Notes under the pieces: generated by a model
What the model was told of the DNA's origin: nothing
Database searches by the model: none
The model's input: only the letters and a program-made list of their open reading frames with translations
Position numbers and translations under genes: made by a program
Shown: positions 1 through 9,569 of the stretch, one piece after another
Numbering within the stretch: position 1 is the first letter of the stretch
Layout: every line of letters begins with the position of its first letter
Source: a virus
Lineage: Duplodnaviria; Caudoviricetes
Reading direction: 5' to 3' (one strand)
DNA length: 64,000 nt
IMG/VR virus record: IMGVR_UViG_3300046460_000148
Location: 2,195-66,194 of that record

Positions 1-1026
1 GGCAAGGATTCGACCGTCTGCCTCAACCTCGCCTTGGCGGTCGCGGAAGAGCGCGGCCGGCTCCCGCTGCCGGTCCTGTTTATCGACCAGGAGGCGGAGT
101 GGCAGAACGTCATTGATTATGTCCGCGTCGTCATGTCCGATCCGCGCGTCAAGCCGCTCTGGCTACAAGTGCCGATCAGGATTTTCAATGCCACCTCCAC
201 GACCGAGCCCTGGCTCAACTGCTGGGAGCCCGGCCGGGAATGGGTGCGCGACAAGGAGCCGGACAGCGTCCACGAAAACGTCTTCGGGACCGATCGCTTT
301 TCGGAATTGTTCGGCGGCGTCTTCAGGCACTATTTCACGGACGCTCCGGCCATCCATATCGCCGGCGTGCGGGCGGAAGAGAGCCCGGCGCGGATGAAGG
401 GCCTGACGTCCTATGAGACCTACAAGGGCGAGACCTGGGGCAAGGTCGAAGACAAGCGGCGCCAGCAGTTCACCATGTATCCGATCTATGACTGGTCCTA
501 CACCGACGTCTGGAAGGCGATCCACGATCACGGCTGGCCTTATTGCAAACTCTACGACTACATGTATCAGCACGGCGTCCCCGTGACGAACATGCGGGTT
601 TCGAACGTCCATCATGAGACCGCCGTCCGTCAGCTCTTTTTCCTACAGGAGATCGAGGGCCAGACCTGGGACCGAATCGCATCCCGGCTTTCCGGCATCA
701 ATACGGCCGGGCAGCTCCAGGAGCAGTTCTTCACCCCCAAGGAGCTGCCGCCGATGTTCAAGGACTGGTACGAATATCGGGACCATCTGCTGGAAAATCT
801 GGTGCCCGACGAAAAAACGCGCGCCTACTTCCGGCGCACCTTCGCCTCATATGACGCGCGCTACACCGACGAGGTGCAGAAGACGCTCGTCAAAACCGAG
901 ATCGGCTGCATCCTGTCGAACGATTACCACGGCACGAAGCTCTCGGTGTTCGCTGCCGGTCACGGGATGTATAGCAAGAACGCCGGCAAGAAGGGTGGGA
1001 GGTTCATTGATGGGCTCCGCACATAA
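1..1026 (+). CDS. ibrA: IbrA/YbdN-like PAPS-reductase-family (PP-loop) protein, 5'-truncated
   Basis: Frame 1 is open from base 1 (GKDSTVCL, PP-loop SGGKDS type); GVRAEESPAR, YPIYDWSYTDVW and MRVSNVHH motifs; overlaps downstream ParB gene. Confidence 0.85.
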   Translation, partial: GKDSTVCLNLALAVAEERGRLPLPVLFIDQEAEWQNVIDYVRVVMSDPRVKPLWLQVPIRIFNATSTTEPWLNCWEPGREWVRDKEPDSVHENVFGTDRFSELFGGVFRHYFTDAPAIHIAGVRAEESPARMKGLTSYETYKGETWGKVEDKRRQQFTMYPIYDWSYTDVWKAIHDHGWPYCKLYDYMYQHGVPVTNMRVSNVHHETAVRQLFFLQEIEGQTWDRIASRLSGINTAGQLQEQFFTPKELPPMFKDWYEYRDHLLENLVPDEKTRAYFRRTFASYDARYTDEVQKTLVKTEIGCILSNDYHGTKLSVFAAGHGMYSKNAGKKGGRFIDGLRT

Positions 1027-1666
1027 GGACGCAATCCGGGCCACATTTGAGGCGGCCGACGATCCTCTGGCCTTTATCACCGATCTGCGGGAGTTCATTC
1101 ACGACCTGTCCCCGCTCAAGAGCCAGCCGGTCGATTATGTGCGCTGGGTGCCGATCGAGAAGGTGACGCCGAACGACTACAATCCCAATTCGGTCGCCAA
1201 GGTCGAAATGAAACTGCTCTACACGTCAATCGCCCACGACGGTTACACCCAGCCGGTCGTGACGATCTATGACGCGGAGCGCGACAAGTATGTGATCGTG
1301 GACGGCTTCCACCGCTACTTCGTTTGCAAGAATAACCCCGACATCCTGGCCCGGAACCAGGGCCGGCTCCCGGTCGTGGTTATCGACAAGCCGGTAAACG
1401 ATCGCATGGCCTCAACCGTCCGGCATAACCGGGCGCGCGGCAAGCACTCGGTTGACGGCATGGCGAGCATGGTTTTTCAAATGCTGGACAACGGATGGGA
1501 CGAAGCGGCGATCTGCAACGAATTGGGGATGGAGCCCGAGGAAGTGCTTCGCCTCAAGCATATCACCGGCTTTTCGAAGCTGTTTAGCGACGTGGAATAT
1601 AAGCGGGCTTGGACGACGCGCCGGCAGATGCAAATTCGCCGGGCATTCAAGGAAAAGGCCGCATAA
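1010..1666 (+). CDS. ibrB: IbrB/YbdM-like ParB-N domain protein
   Basis: PNDYNPN, DGYTQPVV, IVDGFHR and STVRHNRARGKH motifs; ATG at 1010. Confidence 0.85.
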   Translation: MGSAHKDAIRATFEAADDPLAFITDLREFIHDLSPLKSQPVDYVRWVPIEKVTPNDYNPNSVAKVEMKLLYTSIAHDGYTQPVVTIYDAERDKYVIVDGFHRYFVCKNNPDILARNQGRLPVVVIDKPVNDRMASTVRHNRARGKHSVDGMASMVFQMLDNGWDEAAICNELGMEPEEVLRLKHITGFSKLFSDVEYKRAWTTRRQMQIRRAFKEKAA

Positions 1667-1726
1667 AGATCGTTCGGGAGCGCGTTTGCGCGTGAGGCTT
1701 CGGCCTCCCCGGCGTCCGAATAGGGC

Positions 1727-1894
1727 TTACTTGTTCGGTGATCCGTACTTTTCGCAAATGTCCTTCACACCCGCCACGCTCAGGCATTCGTAGACATTGC
1801 GCTCCTTGTGCAGCTCCACCCAATTGCCCCTGAGCGTAACGACGAAGCCATAGGCGCGGGCGTAGTGATCGGCCCATTTCTGAAAACTGTTCAT
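1727..1894 (-). CDS. hypothetical protein (55 aa, MNSFQKWADHY...)
   Basis: Read by hand; ATGA overlap with upstream minus-strand gene. Confidence 0.5.
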   Translation of the reverse strand: MNSFQKWADHYARAYGFVVTLRGNWVELHKERNVYECLSVAGVKDICEKYGSPNK

Positions 1895-2238
1895 GCCGTT
1901 TCCTCCGGCTCGTTACCAGCATGCGCCCGGCGTGCATCTGCCAGCGACCGGTAACATTCGGTGCGGTCGATCTGATCCGGATCAAGACCGCCGAGCCGGA
2001 TGGCTACCTGCATGATCTGGTTGGGCTCATCGGCATTCAGAAGCAGACCCATCAGGCCGGCGCATTGCTGCGGCTTGTCTCCCGGCGCCGGCTCATCGTC
2101 CGAATAATCGACGGTCTTGTGGCACTGAAAAGCCGGAGCGGCGAAGATTTCGTCCAGCCGCTCCGGATGCAGTCGAAAGCGCGAGCCGACGCCCTTCTTG
2201 AAGGGACAGGTCACGCAAGGCGTCTTGAGCTTAAACAT
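1891..2238 (-). CDS. Cys-rich phage protein (CxxCPF...CH...C)
   Basis: Putative metal-binding motif; coupled stop/start. Confidence 0.65.
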   Translation of the reverse strand: MFKLKTPCVTCPFKKGVGSRFRLHPERLDEIFAAPAFQCHKTVDYSDDEPAPGDKPQQCAGLMGLLLNADEPNQIMQVAIRLGGLDPDQIDRTECYRSLADARRAHAGNEPEETA

Positions 2239-2447
2239 CAGGCGGCGTTCCTCGGCCAGTCTTCCGGGCGGTAGCCGGCATCATAGGCCCGCATCAGGCG
2301 GGCGACATGAACCGGGACCTCGCGCGGATTTGATGAGCGCTCAAACTCCGAGACTCGCATGGGGGAGCCGTAATCGAGCACGCGGGCCAGTTCGCCCTGG
2401 GTGAGCCCAAGGCGCTGACGGATGGCTTTGAACTCAGAGCCGGTCAT
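2238..2447 (-). CDS. XRE-family HTH regulator
   Basis: FKAIRQRLGLTQGELARVL...VSEFER. Confidence 0.8.
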   Translation of the reverse strand: MTGSEFKAIRQRLGLTQGELARVLDYGSPMRVSEFERSSNPREVPVHVARLMRAYDAGYRPEDWPRNAA

Positions 2448-2607
2448 CGAATCCCCATTCGTTCCATTTCGCGCTGCACCCTTTCCGCCCGCATCTCGAC
2501 TTGGCTCATGGTGTAGGCCCTTCTGTCAGATTGATCCTGCCAGAAAAAGTAAACCGCGATGGCCGTGACGACCAAGGCGCAAAAGCAGATTGTGGCGTGA
2601 AAGTAGT

Positions 2608-2862
2608 TCATAGGACCAGCGCCTTTGCGAGATGTTTGAAATAGCCGTTGCAGTCAGCGTTAACGAAGTCCAGCTTGACCAGCATGGCCTTGATTGCCTC
2701 CTGTTCACTTGCCGGCGCCGCCTTCATTGCGGCAGCGACGACACCAAGCGGGATAAGGTTGAGCCCAGACGGGCCTTCTACTTCGAAAATGCGTTCAGGA
2801 TCGAGCCCCTTCTCTTCTACGAAGGTGTCGAGCCATTGAGCGAATCGATAGTCATTCCGCAT
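2608..2862 (-). CDS. hypothetical protein
   Basis: MRNDYRFAQWLDTF; part of a tightly packed leftward operon. Confidence 0.6.
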   Translation of the reverse strand: MRNDYRFAQWLDTFVEEKGLDPERIFEVEGPSGLNLIPLGVVAAAMKAAPASEQEAIKAMLVKLDFVNADCNGYFKHLAKALVL

Positions 2863-3067
2863 GGGAGAACACCACGGTTTCGCCTTCGACGGTATATGGC
2901 GCGGCGCCGGAAAGCAGCGCATCGACGGCGGCCTCCGGGACACTCCAACCCATGATGACCTTGCGCAGCGCCGGGCGGTCGGGTTCGTTCCAGTAAAATT
3001 GCTTTGCCCAGGCGACGACGCCAGGAGCATAGACGCCTTCATTGGAGCCGAGACGGTACGTTTTCAT
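2852..3067 (-). CDS. hypothetical protein
   Basis: MKTYRLGSNEG; overlaps neighbours. Confidence 0.55.
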   Translation of the reverse strand: MKTYRLGSNEGVYAPGVVAWAKQFYWNEPDRPALRKVIMGWSVPEAAVDALLSGAAPYTVEGETVVFSHAE

Positions 3068-3246
3068 CGGTCGCCAGCCTCCATCTTGCGCTGCCGGACC
3101 ATGTCGGCGGCTTTGAATACCTGAGCCTTGCGCTCGCCGCGCTGGTCCTTCCGCATCGCCACTTGCGGGTCCGCCATCCACCATTCGGCGGAAAGGACGG
3201 CGGCTTCCAGCGCTTCAAGATAGCGCGTCATAACGGTCGTCATCAT
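3064..3246 (-). CDS. hypothetical protein
   Basis: ATGA overlaps on both sides. Confidence 0.5.
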   Translation of the reverse strand: MMTTVMTRYLEALEAAVLSAEWWMADPQVAMRKDQRGERKAQVFKAADMVRQRKMEAGDR

Positions 3247-3647
3247 TGAACTGTCTCCTTGACGGTCAAGCGCTGCCAGCCACCTTCACCGACCGTAGCG
3301 GCCATGACGGATTGTTGCAGAGCTGAAAGTGGGATGGTGCACGATAGCGTGTTGCCGTTGCGATCTGAGGGGCCGAGGAACAGAACGTTCCCTGCCAGCG
3401 GGTCCGGATGACCGCCATTGATAAAAACGAAGTGCTGCGGGTCGTTGATCAGGCCCTCATCATCGACCCACGCGGTATTGTCGCCGGGCAGGTGGACGCA
3501 GTCAAAGCAGGTACAACCGATAAGCTCATACATTTTCTGCATGTGGTCGTTGGTCCGGAACGGCAGCGTCACAGGCTCAATGGTCTTGTCGGCGGCGTTC
3601 ACCAGAAAGCCGGTGATCGTCCGTTTCGGTTTTTGGGTCTTTGTCAT
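3243..3647 (-). CDS. DUF3846-like phage protein
   Basis: WVDDEGL...PLAGNVLFLG motif; GAGGAG RBS. Confidence 0.6.
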   Translation of the reverse strand: MTKTQKPKRTITGFLVNAADKTIEPVTLPFRTNDHMQKMYELIGCTCFDCVHLPGDNTAWVDDEGLINDPQHFVFINGGHPDPLAGNVLFLGPSDRNGNTLSCTIPLSALQQSVMAATVGEGGWQRLTVKETVQ

Positions 3648-3750
3648 GTCCGGGCTCCTCAGAGGTAAATGTCTTTAAGAAGGAAGCCCAAAGCCAGGGC
3701 TACGGCGATGAGGGCGAAGGGGATAAGCATTTCCATTTTCCGACTCCTTG

Positions 3751-3960
3751 TCAGGCGTAATTGTTAACAATCAAGAACTGGATCAGCTCGGCGCGGGTGC
3801 CTTCCCGGTACTCCCCGCCGAAAGGCCAGATGTAGAAAACCGGGCGGCCCTCGCGGGCAATCTCCCCGATCATCGTGACGGCCACGGCCTCTCGATCGGC
3901 CATGTATTTCTCTTGAAGCTGTGCGCGGAGACGGGCGGCAGACTTTGCGGCGTTGCTCAT
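3751..3960 (-). CDS. hypothetical protein, paralog of 59482-59700
   Basis: Shared C-terminus YREGTRAELIxFLIxNNY. Confidence 0.65.
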   Translation of the reverse strand: MSNAAKSAARLRAQLQEKYMADREAVAVTMIGEIAREGRPVFYIWPFGGEYREGTRAELIQFLIVNNYA

Positions 3961-3968
3961 GGCGGCGC

Positions 3969-4208
3969 TCACTTCTGACGCCGCATAGCCGCAACTTCGC
4001 GGCGCTGATCGGCCTCCGCCTTGAGTCGCTGCTCTTCCAGCTCCACGTCGATGATGGAGACGGAAGACACATGCACGCCCAGGCCGCACGGGTCGGAATA
4101 GTGGCGGATGTAATTGTCAGCCTCGCGGCTGGCGGCGGACTGTGACGGAAACCTTCCGTCAAGGCTGACGGAAAATCCGTCTGAAAGAGTAGCTTGCAAT
4201 CGAAACAT
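3969..4208 (-). CDS. hypothetical protein
   Basis: ORF with GGAGG RBS. Confidence 0.55.
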   Translation of the reverse strand: MFRLQATLSDGFSVSLDGRFPSQSAASREADNYIRHYSDPCGLGVHVSSVSIIDVELEEQRLKAEADQRREVAAMRRQK

Positions 4209-4332
4209 GGCGCGGCCTCCCCGGTTAAGCCATTGGCAGGACAGGTGAAATTACCTCCGCCTAACCCATAACACTAGCGCGCTTGCGTTACTCCCGCAAG
4301 CTGAAAACGTAGGACCAGTAAGGAAATCTGAC

Positions 4333-4734
4333 ATGAAAAGTCCCGGACGCCCGGCGCACAAGCCGACGGATCAGAGCCGGCGCACGGTCGAAGTCTTGGC
4401 CGGCATGGCAATCCCCAGTGACAGGATTGCCGACGCTCTGGATATCGCCAAGGGAACACTGCGGAAGCACTACCGGCGAGAGCTGGATGTTGGCGCCGCG
4501 AAGGTGGAGGCAAAGCTCGTCGGCGGTCTGCTGGCGATTGCCGGCGGCAAGGATGCCACGGCCCTGAAAGCGATCATGTTCACGCTGCAATCCCGCTTCG
4601 GCTGGTCCGCCTATGTGCCGCGCCCCGTTTCGCCGAGCGATGAGCACCCGCGTCAGCTCGGCAAAAAAGAGATGCAGCAAATCGAGGCCGAGACCGGTCA
4701 TCATAAATCGGAATGGGGCACCTTGCTCCAGTGA
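4333..4734 (+). CDS. terS: terminase small subunit (HTH)
   Basis: GRPAHKPT...IADALDIAKGTLRKHYRREL; directly upstream of terL. Confidence 0.75.
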   Translation: MKSPGRPAHKPTDQSRRTVEVLAGMAIPSDRIADALDIAKGTLRKHYRRELDVGAAKVEAKLVGGLLAIAGGKDATALKAIMFTLQSRFGWSAYVPRPVSPSDEHPRQLGKKEMQQIEAETGHHKSEWGTLLQ

Positions 4735-6401
4735 CAGCATGGGCCTTTGCCTGCCCGGATTGGGAGGAGCGACTCCTCACCGGGAAATCACTGATCCCGG
4801 ACCTTCCGCTAGATGAGAGCGAGGCCCGGCGCGCGGTCTCCATTTTCGACAAGCTTCGTTTGCCTGACGTTCCAGGCCAGCCGCTATTGCGCGACGCCGC
4901 CGGCAACTGGCAGCGGGATATTGTCCGCGCGATCTTCGGCTCATTGATCGACGGCGTCCGCATGGTGGGCGAAGTCTTTTGCATGGTGCCGAAGAAGAAT
5001 TCGAAAACGACCGGCGGCGCCGCGATCACACTCACCGCTTTCCTGATGAATGCCCGGCCGCGCGCCGAACTGATCTATGTCGGTCCGACGCAGGAAGTTG
5101 CTGACCTCGCCTTTCAGCAGACCGTGGGCATGATCGAGGCCGACGAATACCTCGCGGCGCGCTTTCACGTGGCGCACCACACAAAGACCATCCTGGACCG
5201 CCGCAACAAGGCCCGGCTGAAGATCAAGACGTTCGACATGAAGGTGATCACCGGCTCAAAGCCGGTCTTCGTCCTCCTGGACGAGCTGCATCTGATGGCG
5301 ACGATCAACGGCGCCGCGCGGATTATCGGTCAGATCAGGGGCGGCCTCCTGCCTAACCCGGAGGCGGTCCTGATCATGATCACGACGCAATCGGATGAAC
5401 CGCCTGCCGGCGCCTTCAAAGCCGAGCTGCAATATGCCAGGGCAATCCGCGATGGCCGCGTCAAGGGCTCGGTGCTGCCGATCCTCTACGAGTTCCCCGA
5501 AGCCATGCAGAAGCGGGCGGATTGGCGGGAGCCCGGAAACTGGCCGATGGTCCTGCCCAATCTCGGGCGTTCAATCACCATAGACCGGCTTGTCAGCGAC
5601 TACAGCGCGGCGCGGGAAAAGGGTGAAGAGGAAGAACGCCGCTGGGCAAGCCAGCATCTGAACGTCGAGATCGGCGTCGCCTTGCATAGCGACCGCTGGA
5701 TTGGCGCCGACTACTGGATGAGCGCAGCGGACCCGGTCATCACTATCGACTCGCTGATTGAAACCTCAGACTGCGTTGTCTTCGGCATCGACGGCGGCGG
5801 CCTGGACGATCTTTATGGCCTAGCGGCGATCGGCCGGGACAAGGTCACCCGTGATTGGCGCCTATGGACGCACGCCTGGGCTCACACGGACGTCCTCAAG
5901 CTCCGGAAGGAAATTGCCGAGCGCCTTCGGGATTTCGAGCGGGACGGCGATCTGACCATTTGCGAGCACCCGACGCAGGACGTTCGAGACATCGCTGATA
6001 TCATCCAACGCGCCCGCGATGCCGGCGTCCTGCCTGAGAAGGCCGGCGTGGGTCTGGACCCGGTCGGCGTCTCCGCAATGGTCGATGAGCTTGCCGTGCG
6101 CGGCATCACCGGCGAGCAGGTCGTTGCCATTGCCCAGGGCTACCGGCTTTCCGGCGCCGTGTGGGGCATGGAGCGAAAGCTGAAGGACGGCACGCTCTGG
6201 CACGACGGTTCACCGATGATGGCGTGGTGCGTCGGCAACGCCAAGGTCGAGCAGCGCGGCAATGCCGTGGTCATCACCAAACAAGCATCAGGCAAAGCAA
6301 AAATTGATCCGCTCGTCGCCGCCTTCGACGCGGCCATGCTGATGAGCCGGAACCCCGAGCCCAAGCGGCAACCGACCTTCCAAATGGTTTTCGTCGGATA
6401 A
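4731..6401 (+). CDS. terL: terminase large subunit
   Basis: Walker A variant VPKKNSKTT, Walker B VLLDELH, nuclease GIDGGGLDDL, C-terminal KIDPLVA. Confidence 0.95.
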   Translation: MTAWAFACPDWEERLLTGKSLIPDLPLDESEARRAVSIFDKLRLPDVPGQPLLRDAAGNWQRDIVRAIFGSLIDGVRMVGEVFCMVPKKNSKTTGGAAITLTAFLMNARPRAELIYVGPTQEVADLAFQQTVGMIEADEYLAARFHVAHHTKTILDRRNKARLKIKTFDMKVITGSKPVFVLLDELHLMATINGAARIIGQIRGGLLPNPEAVLIMITTQSDEPPAGAFKAELQYARAIRDGRVKGSVLPILYEFPEAMQKRADWREPGNWPMVLPNLGRSITIDRLVSDYSAAREKGEEEERRWASQHLNVEIGVALHSDRWIGADYWMSAADPVITIDSLIETSDCVVFGIDGGGLDDLYGLAAIGRDKVTRDWRLWTHAWAHTDVLKLRKEIAERLRDFERDGDLTICEHPTQDVRDIADIIQRARDAGVLPEKAGVGLDPVGVSAMVDELAVRGITGEQVVAIAQGYRLSGAVWGMERKLKDGTLWHDGSPMMAWCVGNAKVEQRGNAVVITKQASGKAKIDPLVAAFDAAMLMSRNPEPKRQPTFQMVFVG

Positions 6402-6420
6402 CACACCAGGACCAACAGCG

Positions 6421-8391
6421 ATGAACAGAGCCTATTCAATCCTGACCGTGAAAGCGGTCGAGGACGAGCAGCGCGTTATCCGGGGCACGGCGACGACGCC
6501 GACGCCCGACAGAATGGGCGACATCGTGGAGCCGCTGGGCGTCAAGTTCGCGAACCCGATGCCCCTCCTATGGCAGCACAAGAACGACAAACCGGTGGGC
6601 ACGGTCACCTTCGACAAGCCGACAAAAAACGGCATCACATTCGAGGCCAAGCTTCCGAAGATCGAAGAGGCGGGCGCCCTCAAGGACCGCATCGATGAGG
6701 CATGGCAGTCGCTCAAGGCGGGACTTGTCACCGCCGTGTCGATCGGCTTCCGCGCGCTCGAATACGCCTTCATCGAAGGTTCCGGCGGCATTCATTTTAC
6801 CGAGACCGAAGTCCTGGAGCTGTCGCTGGTCACCATCCCGGCCCAGGCCGACGCAACCATTTCCCAAATCAAGTCGATTGATGCGCCCTTGCTGGCCGCG
6901 ACTGGCAAACAGCCAAAGGCGTCAGATCGACCCGTCCCTCCCGGCGTCACGGGAAAACCCAAACCCGTAAACCTGAAAGAGACATCAGCTATGAAGACGC
7001 TGGCAGAACAGATCGCCGCGCTTGAAGCAAAGCGCGCCGCGAATACTTCCCGCATGGAAGACGTGATGCAGAAGAGCATCGAAGAAGGCCGCTCGACCGA
7101 CGAGGCCGAGCAGGAGGAGTTCGACACGCTTGGGCAGGAAGTCGATGCAATCGACAAGGACCTCAAGCGCCTGAAGCTTCTGGAAAAGGCGAAGGCCAAT
7201 TCCGCCACCCCGGTCACGCCGAAGGCTGAAACCCAGAAGGAAGGTTCCACCCTCCGCTCTGGCGTGAACGTCAAGAACACCCAGAAGGCCGAACCCGGCA
7301 TCCAGTTCGCCCGCATCGCCAAGTGCATCGGCATGGCGAAGGGCAACATGATGCAGGCAGAGCAGATTGCCATCCAGCGCTATGGCGATCAGGACGTGGT
7401 CGTGAATGCGATCAAGGCCGCCGTCGCAGCCGGCGCCAACGTCAGCGGCAACTGGGCTGAAGACCTCGTCGGCGACACCACTTCGGCGTTTGCCGACTTT
7501 GTCGAGTTCCTTCGTCCCCAGACGATCATCGGCAAGTTCGGCACCAACGGGATTCCCTCCCTCCGCCGGGTGCCGTTCCGCGTTCCCCTGATCGGCCAGA
7601 CCGCCGGGGGTGACGGCTACTGGGTAGGCGAAGGGAAGCCGAAGCCGCTGACCGCGTTCGACTTCTCCCGCAACACTCTGGAGCCGCTGAAGGTCGCGAA
7701 CATCGCCGTCGTCACAATGGAAGTCCTTCGCGACTCCAGCCCTTCGGCTGAGATGATCGTGCGCGACTCCCTGGCGGCAGCGCTCCGCGAACGTCTCGAT
7801 ACTGACTTCATCAATCCGGCCAAGGCCGCCGCTGCTGGCGTGTCCCCGGCCTCGATTACCAATGGAGTCGCCGCGCCGAACTCGGCCGGCAATGATGCGG
7901 ACTCTATCCGTGAGGACATCCGCACCATCTTCGGGACCTTCATCGCGGCCAACAACGCCCCGACCTCGGGCGTGTGGATCATGGCAGCAACGACGGCCCT
8001 CTCGCTGTCGCTGATGCAGAATCCGCTCGGCCAGTCGGAGTTCCCCGGCATCAGCATGAACGGCGGCACGCTGTTCGGCCTGCCGGTGATCGTGTCCGAG
8101 TATGTCCCGACCGTCTCGGCCGGCGGCTATGTCTTCCTCGTCAATGCCCAGGACATCTATCTGGCAGACGAAGGCGGCATCACCCTCGACATGAGCCGTG
8201 AAGCCTCGTTGCAGATGAACGACGCTCCGACCACTCAGGACGCCACGACCGGCACCGGCACTTCGCTGGTCTCGCTGTGGCAGACCAACGCGGTCGGCTT
8301 CCTCGCCGAACGGACTATCAACTGGTCCAAGCGGCGCGCGAGCGCGGTTGCTGCAATCGACACTGTGAATTGGGGCCAGCCCGGCTCCTGA
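6421..8391 (+). CDS. HK97-family prohead protease - major capsid protein fusion
   Basis: N-terminal protease (DRMGDIVEP, LLWQH, SIGF, ELSLVTIPA), coiled-coil delta domain, HK97 capsid (WVGEGKPKP, TLFGLPVIVSE). Confidence 0.92.
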   Translation: MNRAYSILTVKAVEDEQRVIRGTATTPTPDRMGDIVEPLGVKFANPMPLLWQHKNDKPVGTVTFDKPTKNGITFEAKLPKIEEAGALKDRIDEAWQSLKAGLVTAVSIGFRALEYAFIEGSGGIHFTETEVLELSLVTIPAQADATISQIKSIDAPLLAATGKQPKASDRPVPPGVTGKPKPVNLKETSAMKTLAEQIAALEAKRAANTSRMEDVMQKSIEEGRSTDEAEQEEFDTLGQEVDAIDKDLKRLKLLEKAKANSATPVTPKAETQKEGSTLRSGVNVKNTQKAEPGIQFARIAKCIGMAKGNMMQAEQIAIQRYGDQDVVVNAIKAAVAAGANVSGNWAEDLVGDTTSAFADFVEFLRPQTIIGKFGTNGIPSLRRVPFRVPLIGQTAGGDGYWVGEGKPKPLTAFDFSRNTLEPLKVANIAVVTMEVLRDSSPSAEMIVRDSLAAALRERLDTDFINPAKAAAAGVSPASITNGVAAPNSAGNDADSIREDIRTIFGTFIAANNAPTSGVWIMAATTALSLSLMQNPLGQSEFPGISMNGGTLFGLPVIVSEYVPTVSAGGYVFLVNAQDIYLADEGGITLDMSREASLQMNDAPTTQDATTGTGTSLVSLWQTNAVGFLAERTINWSKRRASAVAAIDTVNWGQPGS

Positions 8392-8398
8392 TCCTGAT

Positions 8399-8433
8399 CT
8401 GGCCGCGCTCTTAACCGGGCGCGGCCAGTTTTT
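8399..8433 (+). terminator. Rho-independent terminator after capsid gene
   Basis: CTGGCCGCGC / GCGCGGCCAG stem followed by TTTTT. Confidence 0.75.
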
Positions 8434-8454
8434 CACTTTAACGGGAGGCGTGAA

Positions 8455-8601
8455 ATGATCGGCGCAATATCCTTCATTCAGCTTGTCCGGTTCATCGGGT
8501 CCGCTAGCCAATCGGGCGGCAGCACCGTTCCGGCGAACGTGCTGACGCTCAACGGGCAACCCCTCATCCTGAACGGCACTTACCTCGTCCTCGGAGCCTG
8601 A
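8455..8601 (+). CDS. small hypothetical protein (48 aa)
   Basis: GGAGG RBS; MIGAISFIQ...YLVLGA read by hand. Confidence 0.55.
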   Translation: MIGAISFIQLVRFIGSASQSGGSTVPANVLTLNGQPLILNGTYLVLGA

Positions 8602-8602
8602 C

Positions 8603-9214
8603 ATGAGTATCGACATCACAAACCCCGGCGGCAATGAAGCTCAGTTGCAAGCCGCCTTGCGCGGCCTTGTCGGGGGGTGGGTGCCGTTGCAGTCGGGTAT
8701 TATCACGACGCCGCAACTGTTCATCGACGTCGATTTGCCCGAGGGCTTCATTGCCTATCGGCTTTCTTGTGTCGGCCTGTCGATGGATGGCCTCAGCTAT
8801 CCCTCTTACGTGCTATCCGATGACGGCGGCGACACCTACCACATCGATAATGATGAGTTCAGCTCGTACATCTATTACGAGGAATACCACGATGGCGGTT
8901 CATCCGCGCCGTTCGCCGGTCAATCGTCCAACGGCCGTGCCCCGCTGACGAGCTTTTGGCTCGCGGAAGGTGACCGATTCGCCATTACCCTGGATATCGA
9001 TCCAGGCGCTACCGGAAGCTGGGCCGTCATCTCCTCCCACCTCTGGGCAGCGAACTCGGCGTTGCAGTGGGCGCGTCTTCAGTCCTTTCCGTTTCCCTGG
9101 ACTGGCCGAATGAACGCCATGCGCCTCGGTTCGGCGAATGCCTTCGACGCCTCGCCGGTCAGTCGCCACTTTGTCAGCGGTGCCTACAGCCTGTTGGGCA
9201 TACCGGCATCATAA
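8603..9214 (+). CDS. hypothetical virion/decoration protein
   Basis: 203-aa beta-rich ORF in head module. Confidence 0.55.
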   Translation: MSIDITNPGGNEAQLQAALRGLVGGWVPLQSGIITTPQLFIDVDLPEGFIAYRLSCVGLSMDGLSYPSYVLSDDGGDTYHIDNDEFSSYIYYEEYHDGGSSAPFAGQSSNGRAPLTSFWLAEGDRFAITLDIDPGATGSWAVISSHLWAANSALQWARLQSFPFPWTGRMNAMRLGSANAFDASPVSRHFVSGAYSLLGIPAS

Positions 9215-9230
9215 AAAGGAGCTTCCCGCC

Positions 9231-9563
9231 ATGAAATCTCAAGGCTACCTGACCCGCGCCATGCAGTCGTCCGATCCGCGTTATCTTCAGGTGTTGCTTC
9301 GGCTCGGTTATGTCATTCCCTCCGCGCCCATGCCCGGCGGCCAAGCCGCTCCCGCTCCCGCTCCCGCTCCCGCACCCGCCGCAACCGCACCAGCTCCGGA
9401 GCCCGAAGAAACCGAAGAGGAAAAGGAGCTGAAGAAGGTTCGCGACGATTATGAGCGCGTGGCCGGCAAGCGCCCTTATTACGCCTGGGACGCGGCCGAG
9501 CTGCGGCGCCGGATTGCGGACTTCCGGAAAGAGGAAGCGCATTCGCAGGGCAAACAGGGATAA
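9231..9563 (+). CDS. head-module hypothetical protein with AP-repeat linker
   Basis: AAGGAG RBS; (GCTCCC)n encoding APAPAP; C-terminal GKRPYYAWDAAELRRRI. Confidence 0.65.
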   Translation: MKSQGYLTRAMQSSDPRYLQVLLRLGYVIPSAPMPGGQAAPAPAPAPAPAATAPAPEPEETEEEKELKKVRDDYERVAGKRPYYAWDAAELRRRIADFRKEEAHSQGKQG

Positions 9564-9569
9564 ATCAAG

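Noticed and set aside
614-1009. Upstream extension of the ParB ORF
   Set aside because: It lies inside ibrA in another frame and is low complexity; the real start is likely 1010.
6985-8634. 549-aa minus-strand ORF and similar long antisense ORFs (20123-21070, 25109-26164)
   Set aside because: Shadow frames of high-GC structural genes with no motifs.
9348-9400. (GCTCCC)n microsatellite as a separate element
   Set aside because: In-frame Ala-Pro linker within a coding sequence.
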